DNA of 62,978 nucleotides, filler included, from Octopus bimaculoides (lineage: Eukaryota): assembly GCF_001194135.2 (NCBI RefSeq). It is 5 parts of 3 records of this genome, joined end to end, with 100 filler letters (N's around TTAATTAATTAA, not from the genome) between each part and the next. Parts side by side here need not be neighbours in the genome. Positions count along the whole stretch, not along the records: positions 42,792 to 59,942 come from NC_068983.1; positions 60,043 to 62,978 come from NC_068982.1; 3 more parts are not named here. One strand, written 5' to 3'. Below are positions 52,143 to 62,978 of this stretch, one piece after another (positions within the stretch are counted from its first letter, which is position 1; the number at the start of each line of letters is the position of its first letter). The translations under genes and the position numbers were made by a program. The notes below the pieces were generated by a model. It saw only the letters and a program-made list of their open reading frames with translations. It did no database searches and was not told the origin of the DNA.

Positions 52143-52400
52143 TGTGAAGGCGTGGCCTAGCAGATAGGGTGTTGCACTCACAACCGGAAGATCGTGCTTT
52201 CGATTCTCAGGCCGGCAATGCCTTGTATTCTTAAGCAAAACACTTCATTTTCACGTTACTCCAGTCCACTTGGCTGTGAACGGACTGGTGTTTCGTTCAG
52301 ACAAAATGTTAGCCTGTTGCCAAGAGAGCGGGTGGCATTATTCGAGAGCTACAACAATGCGAAGAAGCGCATTGTGGGCAGCAGTGTATAACGACATTAG
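52143..52400 (+). mobile_element. Diverged tRNA-headed SINE related to family D
   Basis: gtgaaggcgtggcctagc (A box-like), tttcgattc (B box-like), ttcacgttactccagtccacttggctg (D-type core), with a different 3' end. Confidence 0.65.
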
Positions 52401-52573
52401 CTAGTCTGGTTGATACAGAGATTATGTATTTTTATTTCTCAATGGTATAATGTAGTCAATTTATGAAGGTAACATCGTAGAAAATAAGACAGTTGTTATA
52501 AAAAAGGAAAATAGATGTAAAAATAATTAGAAACAGGAAACTCATTTCGAATTTCACTTTCGGAAACTATCAA

Positions 52574-52886
52574 ATGGAGGCGCAATGGCCCAGTGGTTAG
52601 GGCAGCGGACTCGCGGTCGGAGGATCGCGGTTTCGATTCCCAGACCGGGTGTTGTGTGTGTTTATTGAGCGAAAACACCTAATTGCTTCACGAGGCTCCG
52701 GCAGGTGGTGGTGGTGACCCCTGTTGTACTCTTTCGCCCCAACTTTCTCTCACTCTTTCTTTCCTGTGTCTTGAGTAACGCTGCGATGGACTGGCGTCCC
52801 GTCCAGCTTGGGAGAACACATACCCCATAGAAACCGGGAAACCGGGCCCATGAGCCTGGCTAGGCTTTAAAAGGGCGCATAAAAAA
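52574..52886 (+). mobile_element. Full-length SINE family C (tRNA-Arg-like head)
   Basis: A box TGGCCCAGTGG 52586-52596, B box GTTTCGATTCC 52630-52640, A-rich tail. Three other copies in the window. Confidence 0.92.
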
Positions 52887-53815
52887 CTCTCAAATAATAT
52901 TTTTGTTTACATTTCGAATTGAAGTGTCAATTTTTAAATTATTTTTTGCATGTCATCGAGATAGCCTCTGCCACAAAATTTCAGGNNNNNNNNNNNNNNN
53001 NNNNNNNNNNNNNNNNNNNNNNNNNNNNNNNNNNNNNNNNNNNNNNNNNNNNNNNNNNNNNNNNNNNNNNNNNNNNNNNNNNNNNNNNNNNNNNNNNNNN
53101 NNNNNNNNNNNNNNNNNNNNNNNNNNNNNNNNNNNNNNNNNNNNNNNNNNNNNNNNNNNNNNNNNNNNNNNNNNNNNNNNNNNNNNNNNNNNNNNNNNNN
53201 NNNNNNNNNNNNNNNNNNNNNNNNNNNNNNNNNNNNNNNNNNNNNNNNNNNNNNNNNNNNNNNNNNNNNNNNNNNNNNNNNNNNNNNNNNNNNNNNNNNN
53301 NNNNNNNNNNNNNNNNNNNNNNNNNNNNNNNNNNNNNNNNNNNNNNNNNNNNNNNNNNNNNNNNNNNNNNNNNNNNNNNNNNNNNNNNNNNNNNNNNNNN
53401 NNNNNNNNNNNNNNNNNNNNNNNNNNNNNNNNNNNNNNNNNNNNNNNNNNNNNNNNNNNNNNNNNNNNNNNNNNNNNNNNNNNNNNNNNNNNNNNNNNNN
53501 NNNNNNNNNNNNNNNNNNNNNNNNNNNNNNNNNNNNNNNNNNNNNNNNNNNNNNNNNNNNNNNNNNNNNNNNNNNNNNNNNNNNNNNNNNNNNNNNNNNN
53601 NNNNNNNNNNNNNNNNNNNNNNNNNNNNNNNNNNNNNNNNNNNNNNNNNNNNNNNNNNNNNNNNNNNNNNNNNNNNNNNNNNNNNNNNNNNNNNNNNNNN
53701 NNNNNNNNNNNNNNNNNNNNNNNNNNNNNNNNNNNNNNNNNNNNNNNNNNNNNNNNNNNNNNNNNNNNNNNNNNNNNNNNNNNNNNNNNNNNNNNNNNNN
53801 NNNNNNNNNNNNNNN

Positions 53816-53990
53816 ATGCTTACCGATATTTGGTCTGCCGCTACGTTCTGAGTTCAAATTCCGCCGAGGTCCATTTTGCATTTCATACTTTCGGGGTCGA
53901 TAAATTAAGTACCAGTTTTGCACTGGGGTCGTTTGAATCGACTCATCCCCTCCCCCAGAATTGCTACCCTAGTGGTAAAATTTGAAACTA
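53816..53990 (+). mobile_element. SINE family A followed by an (ATT)/(GTT) tail
   Basis: gctacgttctgagttcaaattccgccgaggtc...ggggtcgataaattaagtaccag. Confidence 0.88.
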
Positions 53991-54655
53991 TTATTATTAT
54001 TATTGTTGTTGTTGTTATTATTATTATTATTGTTGTTGTTGTTGTTGTTATTGTTGTTGTTGTTGATGTTGTTATAGTTAACGTATAGTTTTATGTTTTA
54101 TGTCTAGCTATATATTAAATAAGACAGGCTTGAATTGAATGATCACTGACAAAGACTGCGTAGTCGAAAATATGAAGTATTTATTAATATTTTCCTTTAA
54201 AAAATGATATAAAATACTGTGTGCGTTTGTGAGTGCGTGTCATAAATTTATTTTTTATGTAATATGCTATAAATTGATATATATTTGTTTGATAAAATCA
54301 TCATCATCATAATCATAATCATTATTATTATTATTATTAGTAGTAGTAGTATTATTGTTGTTGTTGTTGTTATTGTTGTTGTTGTTGTTAATTTTGCCAG
54401 CACACCTTGTTGTAAAATAAAATTAATAATCATGATAAGAACAACAATATTTGTTTTTAACATACAGAGAAGGCTACAAATTAAGTTGGATCGTGTAGTC
54501 AATTAGACTGGCACTGGAATATAACTGGTACCTTATGTTATCGACCTCGGGAAAGTGAGAGGTTAACTTTACAGTATTTGAACTTGGAACAGCGACACGA
54601 AACTGAATATTGAGAAGCATTTAATTCCAACTCTTTATCAAATGTACAAACCAAA

Positions 54656-54968
54656 CTGGTACTCCGTCGATTACGACGAAGAGTGTTCCAGTTGATCCGA
54701 CCAACGGAGCAGCCCTTCACGCGAAATTAACATATAAGTAGCTGAGCACTCCACAGACACGTGTATCCTTAACGTAGTTCTCAGGAAGATTCAGCGTGAC
54801 ACAGAGTGAGACAAAGCTGCTGGCCCCTTTGTATTACAGGTACTACTCATTTTTGCCAGCTGGGTGGACTGGAGCTACGTGAAATAAAGTGTCTTGTTCA
54901 AGGACACAAAGCGTCACCAGGAATCGAACTCACAGCCATACCTTAAGCACCAAGCCACACGCTTTCAC
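54656..54968 (-). mobile_element. Near full-length SINE family D
   Basis: The minus-strand head gtgaaagcgtgtggcttggtg...gagttcgattcc is followed by tgtgtccttgaacaagacactttatttcacg. Confidence 0.9.
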
Positions 54969-55011
54969 ATCAAATTCTGCCAACTCGTGGCCTTAATAAT
55001 AATAAGAAGAA

Positions 55012-55042
<31 letters not shown>

Positions 55043-55123
55043 AAGAAGAAGAATCTTTCACTCGCCCTAGGACACTGGGTTTGTCTCGGCGAGTGATTGT
55101 AAAATAAATGCAGATTAAAAGTA

Positions 55124-55194
<71 letters not shown>

Positions 55195-55196
<2 letters not shown>

Positions 55197-55660
55197 GGGT
55201 TACAACAAGTATTCTGCTCCACAGCACAGATCTGTTTGTCAGTTGTTTGACCTTAACCAGTTGAGCATGTCCCTTAGTGGCTGATGATATGTGCATCTCT
55301 GATCATGAGCAGAAGTAGTGGGGGAACATCATAGCTATGTATTGAGAGGAATTCTTTGAGGTTTGGATAATTCATCTTTGGAAACATGGCTGTTTCGTTC
55401 AACATCCTTAAACAGACCTTATTCAGGAACCTTTTGAGTGGGATGAGCCACTCGGCCTGAAGAAAATTCTAACTGGGATCCCACCTGAGAGGTCATACAC
55501 TGTTTATCTTGATATGAGATCACTATGTCGCGCACATATGGTTGTGATGCATGTGCCTGGTGTATCCTTATCAGACGGATAGTCATGATGGGTATAATGG
55601 GCTTCGTATATTCGTACCCCAGTGTCACTCTGATGGCATGCGCTGCTCTCTCACTCAATA
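55195..55660. repeat. Unclassified, relatively GC-rich insert bounded by (AAT)n and (AAC)n
   Basis: Sharp compositional block between two microsatellites. Only one copy in the window, so repeat status is inferred. Confidence 0.4.
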
Positions 55661-55714
55661 ATAACAACAACAACAACAGCAACAACAACATCAACAACAG
55701 CAAGAAGAAGAAGA

Positions 55715-56130
55715 ATCCTTTCTACTGAAGGCACAAGGCCTGAAATTTTGTGGGGAGGGACCTAGTCGATTACATCGATCCCAGTGTGCAACTGGTACTT
55801 ACTTCATCGATCCCGAAAGAATGAAAAGCAAAGTCCCTTTCTACTATATGCGCAAGGTCTGAAATTTGGGGGTAGGGGTTAGTCAATTACATCAATCCTA
55901 GTGCGCAATTCTTTCAAATTTTTGGCACAAAACCAGCAATTTTAGGGGTTGAATTAATCGATCTCATCGACCCAGATACTTGGCTCGCACATGATTTTAT
56001 CGATCCCTGAAAAATGAAAAAACAACGTTGACCTCGGTAGGGTTCGATCTCAGAATGTAAAGCTTCGAAACAAATACCGCAAAGCATGTTTTTTTCTGAC
56101 ATTCTTAACGATTCTGGCAGTTTTCCACTT
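55715..56130 (-). mobile_element. Three nested or tandem SINE A pieces
   Basis: The A tail motif (cctttctact...cacaagg..tgaaattt) recurs at about 55718, 55838 and 55925. Confidence 0.85.
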
Positions 56131-56260
56131 TTCTCATTTAGTCTGATCTGACACGCTGGCGTTTCTCACAATTCAATAAAGTCTTTCTCCATCACCTGTT
56201 TTCATTTGCATAACTCTCATCTCCTTCATCGAGCGGTTAAATTACACAGTAGTATATACA

Positions 56261-56561
56261 GGTACTCCGTCAGTTGCGACGACAAGCGTTAGAGTTGATC
56301 CGATCAATGGAACAACCTGCTCTTGGAATTAACGTGAAAGTGGATGAGCACTCCACAGATACGCGTGCCTTTTACGTAGTTGTTAGGGAGATTCAGCATG
56401 ACACAAAATGTGAATTACAGGTACAAATCTTTTGCCAGCTGAGTGAATTGGAGCAGCATGAAATAATGTCTCGCTTAAGGACACAACGCGATGCCTGAAA
56501 TCGAACTCACGACCTTATAGTCGTGAACCGAATGCCCTAACCACTAAGCCACACACCTTCG
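56261..56561 (-). mobile_element. Full-length diverged SINE family D
   Basis: ggtactccgtc...gagcactccacag...aggacacaacgcg...aatcgaactcacgacc...aatgccctaaccactaagccac. Confidence 0.88.
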
Positions 56562-57077
56562 CCACAGTATATACCATTAATCAATTAATTACCTCCTTTG
56601 CGTTGATAATCTGAAGCTTCTCATAAAGAATGATTAGAAACTGAAAGTGCTTTAAGCATTGTGAAACAAACACAGTGATGACATTGAAATAGAAATGGCT
56701 TTGATAAATGTGCTTAGGCCGCGTACGTTATAGACAAACTCTTGACATGCTACACTGAGAAAAGTACACCGTAATCAAAGAATTAAACCCTGAAGAAAAC
56801 CGTAAATATTTAGTTGTGTGTGATAGGGTTGGCATTCACTATCCACAAATGTGTGAAAAATATGCAAAAAAGCAACATATCGTAGAGTTTGAGCTATCTC
56901 AAGAAGTGAGTTTAATGTGAAACAGGATTGATGTTATCAACACTTTAGCTGTACTTGTTATGATCCATAAGCCTTAATGTCATGAAGCGGTCCGGCACCG
57001 AGATAAGAAAACTTGATATAAAAATACACAAACTTCTTGCAATGTAACACGTGCATCACTCAAGGGATGATGTAGAT

Positions 57078-57416
57078 CAGTAGTTCTCAACCACTTTATA
57101 CTTGAATACCCCTTTGATTACTATTTGATTCTGATAGACCCCCCCCCCCCATAGCCATTCTATGTTTTGTAAACTAGTATTTTTTTATATTGCTTTCAAC
57201 GTTGCTATTTTGTTTTTCACTCCTTCACTTGCATACGTTAGCAATGAACGAATGTAGCTATTTCTTGCAATAAATACATCTAAGACAATTTATCCATTGA
57301 CCCTTAAAATTATACAGTGGATCTCCAAATTACTATTTTGATTGTATTCCCGCCATCCCACCCCAAATCTTATATGGACACCCTGGGATCATATGGACGC
57401 TGGTTAAGAACCATTA
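57078..57416. mobile_element. hAT-type MITE
   Basis: Termini cagtagttctcaacca and tggttaagaaccatta resemble the CAGTGGTTCTCAACC TIR class. No 8-bp TSD is recognisable, and a SINE B abuts the right end. Confidence 0.55.
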
Positions 57417-57417
57417 C

Positions 57418-57648
57418 TCTTTCTCTCTTTTACTTTTTTACTTCTTTCAGTCATTCGACTGCGGCCTTGCTGGAGCACAGCCTTTAGTCGGGGAAATCGC
57501 CCCCAGGACTTATTCTTTGTAAGCCTAGTACTTATTCTATCGGGTCGTTTTGCCGAACCGCTAATGTTACGGGGACGTAAGCACACCAGCATCGGTCGTC
57601 AAGTGATATTGGGGGGACAAACACAGACACACAAACATATACACACAT

Positions 57649-57681
<33 letters not shown>

Positions 57682-57852
57682 CATATATAAGACGGGCTTC
57701 CTTCAGTTTCCGCCGACCAAATCCACTCACAAGGCATTGGTCGGCCCGAGGCTATAGTAGAAGACATTTGCCCAAGATGCCAGGCAGTGGGACTTAACAC
57801 AGAACCATGTGGTTGGTAAGCAAGCTACTTACCACACAGCTACTACTGCGCC
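57418..57852 (-). mobile_element. Full-length SINE family B
   Basis: Tail ctcttttact, internal (CA)(TA), head caagctacttaccacacagc...gcgcct. Confidence 0.92.
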
Positions 57853-57859
57853 TGGTACA

Positions 57860-59330
57860 GTATTTTATGGACCTCGGAGGGATGAATGGCAAAATTTACA
57901 TGAACAGGATTCGAATTTAGACCATAAATGGCATTAAATACCGTAAGGCATTTTTCCTGACCGACCCTCTAACAATGAACAATAAGGGCTTCAAAATTTT
58001 GTAGAAAGCCAACAAGTTCAAGAGAAATCGATTACATCGGACCCTAGTGATTAACTGGTACCTATCTTATCGACCACCAAACGATGAAAGGTATTTTGCT
58101 CAGCGTGCTAACAATTCTATCAGCTTTCCGAATATCAATAATAACAGATGTTTATAACATAAACACAAGGTTAGAAATTTGGTGGTAGGGAAGCAATCGA
58201 TTATTTTGAACCAAATATTTCCCTTGTAAAAATTATTTTAGTTCCTTCAAAATTTGTTACAAGACCAGCAATTTCAGGGGAAGTAAGGAAGCTGATTACC
58301 TCGGACCCCAGTACTCAACTGGTAGTTATTTTATCGACCCCGAACGAATAAAAGGCAAAGTCGACCTTTGTGGAATTTGAACTCAGAACGTAAAGACTGA
58401 CAAAATGCCATTCAGCGTTTTAACCGGCGAGTTACCGATTCTACTAGCTTGCCACCTTACGATCAACAATAATAATAATAATAATAATAATCCTTTCTAC
58501 TATAGGCACAAGGCCTGAAATTTTGGGAGAGGGGACCAATCGATTACATCAACCCCAGTGCGTCACAGGTGCTTAACGTATAGACCCCCGAAAGGATAAA
58601 AAGGCAAAGTCGACCTCGGCAGAATTTGAACTCAGAACGTAGCGACAGACGTAATACCGCTAAGCATTTTGCCTGGCATGCTAACGATTCTACCGTCTCG
58701 CTGTCTTACTATTAACGATAATAATAATCGTTTCTACTGGAAGCACAAGGCCTTAAATTTGGGGGAAGGGATTAAGTAGATTACACGACCCCAGTGCGTA
58801 ACTGGTACTTAATGTATCGACTCCAAAAGGATGAAAGGCAAAGTCGACCTCGGCGGAATTTGAACTCAGAACGTCAAGACAAACGAAATACCGCTAAGCA
58901 TTTCGCCCGGCGTGCTAACATTTCTGCCAGCTCGCTGCCTCGGTTCTTCATAATATTGGCACAAGGACACAAATTTGGTGGTAGGAAACCAATCGTTGTT
59001 TTCGATTCAAGTATTTCTTTAGTAATTTATTTTTATCGCCACTTGTACTTGGTTGGTACTTTATTTTATCGACCTTTAAAGGATTAAAGTCAAAGTTGAC
59101 CTCAGCGGGATTTGAACTTAGAATGTAAAGATCTCGAGGGAATGCCGCTAAGCGTTTTGTCCGACGCGCTAACGATTCTGCCAGCGTAAGGCACACAACT
59201 ACACAATTTCGGTTGTAAGGCACAGTCGTTCGAATAGATTGTCAGTATTTTATTTCATAGCCCCGATCCCAAAAGGGACAAGAGGTAAAAGCGAGCACGA
59301 AATGGACTTGAACTCAGGATGCACAGGGAC
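57860..59330 (-). mobile_element. Head-to-tail array of about 8 SINE A copies or fragments
   Basis: Units at about 57860, 57985, 58155, 58255, 58491, 58729, 58955 and 59205, all in the same orientation and of differing divergence. Confidence 0.85.
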
Positions 59331-59504
59331 GAATCTATATACGCACACACATACATATATATTATACTATGTTATACATATTTACACACATACGCACACA
59401 AACACACACACACACACACTTATACATATGCACACACGCGATCACACACATATATCCATATGCACACACACTCACACTCACACACAAAAGCACTCACACA
59501 TTTC

Positions 59505-59694
59505 TTTCATTTCATTTATTGAACAGCGGCCATGCTGGGGCATCGCCCTTAGGGGGTTTAGTAGAACAAATCCATCTCAGCACTTATTTTAAAGTCTGGT
59601 ATTTATTCTATTGGTTTCCTTTGCCGAACCGCTAACCTACGGGGAGGTTAACACACCGGCATCGGTCGTCAAGCGATGGCGGGGTACAAACACA

Positions 59695-59741
<47 letters not shown>

Positions 59742-59902
59742 AAGTATATACATACATATATACGACGGGCTTCTTTCAGTTTCCGTTTGCCAAATCCTCT
59801 CTATAATAGAAAAAACTTGTTCAAGGTGCCACGTAGTGGGACTGAACTCGGAACCATGTGGCTGGAAAGCAAGCTACTTACTACACAGCCACGCCTGCGC
59901 TT
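59505..59902 (-). mobile_element. Full-length SINE family B with an internal (CA)n
   Basis: gcggccatgctgggg...gacgggcttctttcagtttccg...ctacacagccacgcctgcgc. Confidence 0.9.
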
Positions 59903-60042
59903 ATCTACATATATATATATATATATACATAGATATATAAATNNNNNNNNNNNNNNNNNNNNNNNNNNNNNNNNNNNNNNNNNNNNTTAATTAATTAANN
60001 NNNNNNNNNNNNNNNNNNNNNNNNNNNNNNNNNNNNNNNNNN

Positions 60043-60107
<65 letters not shown>

Positions 60108-60242
60108 CTTATTCATTTGTAAGATGTTTTTGCCCGGCAAGTGATTTGATCTGAAACCGTGTATTGAAACTAGAACAATTACTGCGTGGAAGAAACATAT
60201 TAGCCATTCAAATAAAGATAAAGTGCGTCCCCTTTACTTAAA

Positions 60243-60605
60243 CATTCACTATTTGCTGACAGAAGTTTCCTCGCACCAACCGCGACCTGGTCACTAACAC
60301 GGTTCCATTGCATCCTATTGTAGGCGTGATTGTAGGTCGACATATATAGGTTTCAGAGTTATGAATATAATTCTGTCTATATAGGTCAGTTGTTCTGGAT
60401 GGGTGTTCATAGTTGGTCACTCGGTATTTGGTTGTATGAACATCAACTATGAACGACTGACCTATATAGATGAAAGAAAATTTATTCATAGACATGAAAC
60501 CTGTATATGCAGACCAACAGTCACCTCAAACCAATTGCAATTGAACCGCATCAGTGACCAGGTCGTTACTGGTGCCATGAAAATATTGACATCAAATAAT
60601 AAATG
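60243..60605. mobile_element. Foldback element with arms of about 150 bp
   Basis: 60243-60395 pairs with 60451-60605, e.g. gcgacctggtcact/agtgaccaggtcgt and tctatataggtcagt/actgacctatataga. Confidence 0.85.
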
Positions 60606-60810
60606 CCCGAGTGAAGTTAACAATCTTTGTGTTTTGGAGTGGCTAATATGAGTTTTACCAGCTTTATTCCGTCGAGGACTTATATGCCCCAATATTAAAC
60701 TATTTTCTTTAGCCAATTCATGGTGATCGCTTATAAGCTTCAAGCTTATGATTATTATTTACAGAATGGTCACTCGTCACCGCTTCTCCGTTTAACACAC
60801 GCGCGTGTGT

Positions 60811-60866
<56 letters not shown>

Positions 60867-61268
60867 NNNNNNNNNNNNNNNNNNNNNNNNNNNNNNNNNN
60901 NNNNNNNNNNNNNNNNNNNNNNNNNNNNNNNNNNNNNNNNNNNNNNNNNNNNNNNNNNNNNNNNNNNNNNNNNNNNNNNNNNNNNNNNNNNNNNNNNNNN
61001 NNNNNNNNNNNNNNNNNNNNNNNNNNNNNNNNNNNNNNNNNNNNNNNNNNNNNNNNNNNNNNNNNNNNNNNNNNNNNNNNNNNNNNNNNNNNNNNNNNNN
61101 NNNNNNNNNNNNNNNNNNNNNNNNNNNNNNNNNNNNNNNNNNNNNNNNNNNNNNNNNNNNNNNNNNNNNNNNNNNNNNNNNNNNNNNNNNNNNNNNNNNN
61201 NNNNNNNNNNNNNNNNNNNNNNNNNNNNNNNNNNNNNNNNNNNNNNNNNNNNNNNNNNNNNNNNNNNN

Positions 61269-61329
<61 letters not shown>

Positions 61330-62595
61330 CTCCACTGTGTATTACATACATATGTATATATGTAATACTTTTAACCGTAGATCTTTGAGTTACATGTTTA
61401 TTTTTTACTTAGACAGCAATATCTCTTAGACTATACGTTTATAGGACATGGGTATAAGATTGGGAGTTTCATGTCATTCTAAGGGTATTAATAGCAAAAA
61501 TGAAGTGAAGAGATTCTAGTTAGTAACTGAAAGCTGCTTGCAAATTCCGCTGTTGAAAGCTTATATATTTGTCTTCAAAGTTGCTTGTATTATATCTTAT
61601 CTTTTGACGTAATTTATATCTCTTCTAACTTGAGAAGACCCCCAACAGCATATTGACATCGGCTTTACTTTCCTAGTATATACTTTTTATTGTATGTTTT
61701 CGTGATATGTAGTTGGTCTGTTTCTGACAAGCTCTATGCATGGTTCTCATAGCCTGGATATTGTAGGTGAGCAATATAATTGATCGCATCAATCTAGAAC
61801 ACGATTAGAGCTTACCTTAAAGACCATAGAGAAATGAGAGCAAAGAGGACTTCACATACGGAATGTATAGGCTTCGGGTTATATGTGTAACGGCTAATGT
61901 TATGCTTTGGGTTGGTATGTTGTAGCCGTCTACCAAATGTAACGTGTATATGTAACACTTCAAGGTTTTCGCGTCAGAGTGATGATATGAACATTTGTGT
62001 TTTCGAGCTCAAATACTGCTGAAATTGACTTTGATCTCATCTTTCAGGGATTAAAGAAATACATACAAGACAATGTACCAATCGACTCTAAATATCTGGC
62101 CTTGAACTCATGCGGGAAATCGATGTTTGCTTATATCATGCTAATGTGTGTTCAGATAAGAGAATTCAAATCAAGGGAAGACTTCCAATATGTTCGCTCT
62201 ACCTGTTGGAAATAGCAATGAAATCGACTCCTGAACATACCCTGCTTTTATGAAATAAAACAAATTAGACAACGTAGACTAAGGTAATTATTGCTGAAAA
62301 TAAAAACCTGGTTAGGTTTTCTTTTCAGCAATAACATTGCCATACAATTTGAGTATTTAATTATTGTAATTTGTTTAATTAAAAGTGTATTGGATTTGAT
62401 TATCGGTTTACTCGACCAGAGTAGAATACTTCTGCTTTAAACAACAATATCAACAATACAAATATTTTAAAGGTTTTGGATATCCTTACATTTCCTTCAG
62501 ATTCAATGACTCTGCATACTATATATCAATACTTTCACATTGTATTGCCAAACCCAAATATTTTCAGGTTATTATGAAAACATTTTATAACGGAT

Positions 62596-62978
62596 ACTAG
62601 CAGAGATACCCGGCGTTGCCCGTGTTACATGCAATTGAAAAATGAGACTTTTCTGTTATATTTTCTGTAAGGAACTGGAATACATATGATTCGAATTTCA
62701 TCAAAATTGCACATGAGGGTTCTTTCCCTCTTTACACACCCTAAAGAAATTCTAATCATGAGACATGTATCCCATACTATTGATCTTTATGCGCATATTC
62801 CAAAATTTCAGTCTTCTGGAACCTGTAAAAAAGATTTTGCTTCTGCAAAATGGAGCTCATGGAGCTCTAAAATGTGGGAATGAAGGCCCCTATTGGGGGT
62901 GAGGGTGTTAATGTCAACCAGAGAAGTTGAATTGTTGGGAATGTTTTTACTTGGGTCTTATAGTATGCCTGTATATAT
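62596..62978 (+). mobile_element. Possible Helitron/Helentron-type non-autonomous element terminus
   Basis: ACTAGcagagatACCCGGCGTTGCCCG resembles the ACTAG plus GC-hairpin termini of invertebrate rolling-circle elements. The other end is not visible. Confidence 0.35.

Noticed and set aside
52574-52650. Possible tRNA gene
   Set aside because: No acceptor stem closure, and it continues into a SINE body found in other copies. It is a SINE head.
57860-59330. CRISPR-like or satellite array
   Set aside because: The units are roughly 200-nt SINE copies of unequal length in a eukaryotic context, with no repeat-spacer structure.
61480-61800. Possible GIY-YIG remnant on the minus strand
   Set aside because: Needs several assumed frameshifts, so it cannot be supported without a profile search.

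Overview
This is repeat-dominated eukaryotic (metazoan) genomic DNA with about 7 kb of N gaps and very dense di-, tri- and tetranucleotide microsatellites. I can support no intact host protein-coding gene. The SINE set and microsatellite load suggest an octopus/cephalopod genome (inference, not proven). Content: (i) at least four tRNA-derived SINE families, labelled A-D here, often nested or tandem; (ii) decayed R4/Dong-like LINEs with a restriction-like endonuclease, sitting in (AAT)n; (iii) RTE LINE and Penelope-like (PLE) remnants; (iv) an internally deleted mariner, MITEs and two long foldback elements; (v) a probable non-coding first exon and promoter on the minus strand at about 21.7 kb. 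The most interesting signal is a set of hammerhead ribozyme (HHR) motifs in short units that mostly sit between microsatellites. One looks structurally intact (27785-27870). One pair forms the inverted arms of a tRNA-headed, Pol III-like element (33546-33872). One has a very long stem II (9079-9186). A second notable signal is a SINE A dimer junction that recurs at the same nucleotide at four loci. Nearly all ORFs in the supplied track are microsatellite or N-gap artefacts. Element boundaries were read by eye and are approximate unless exact motifs are quoted.
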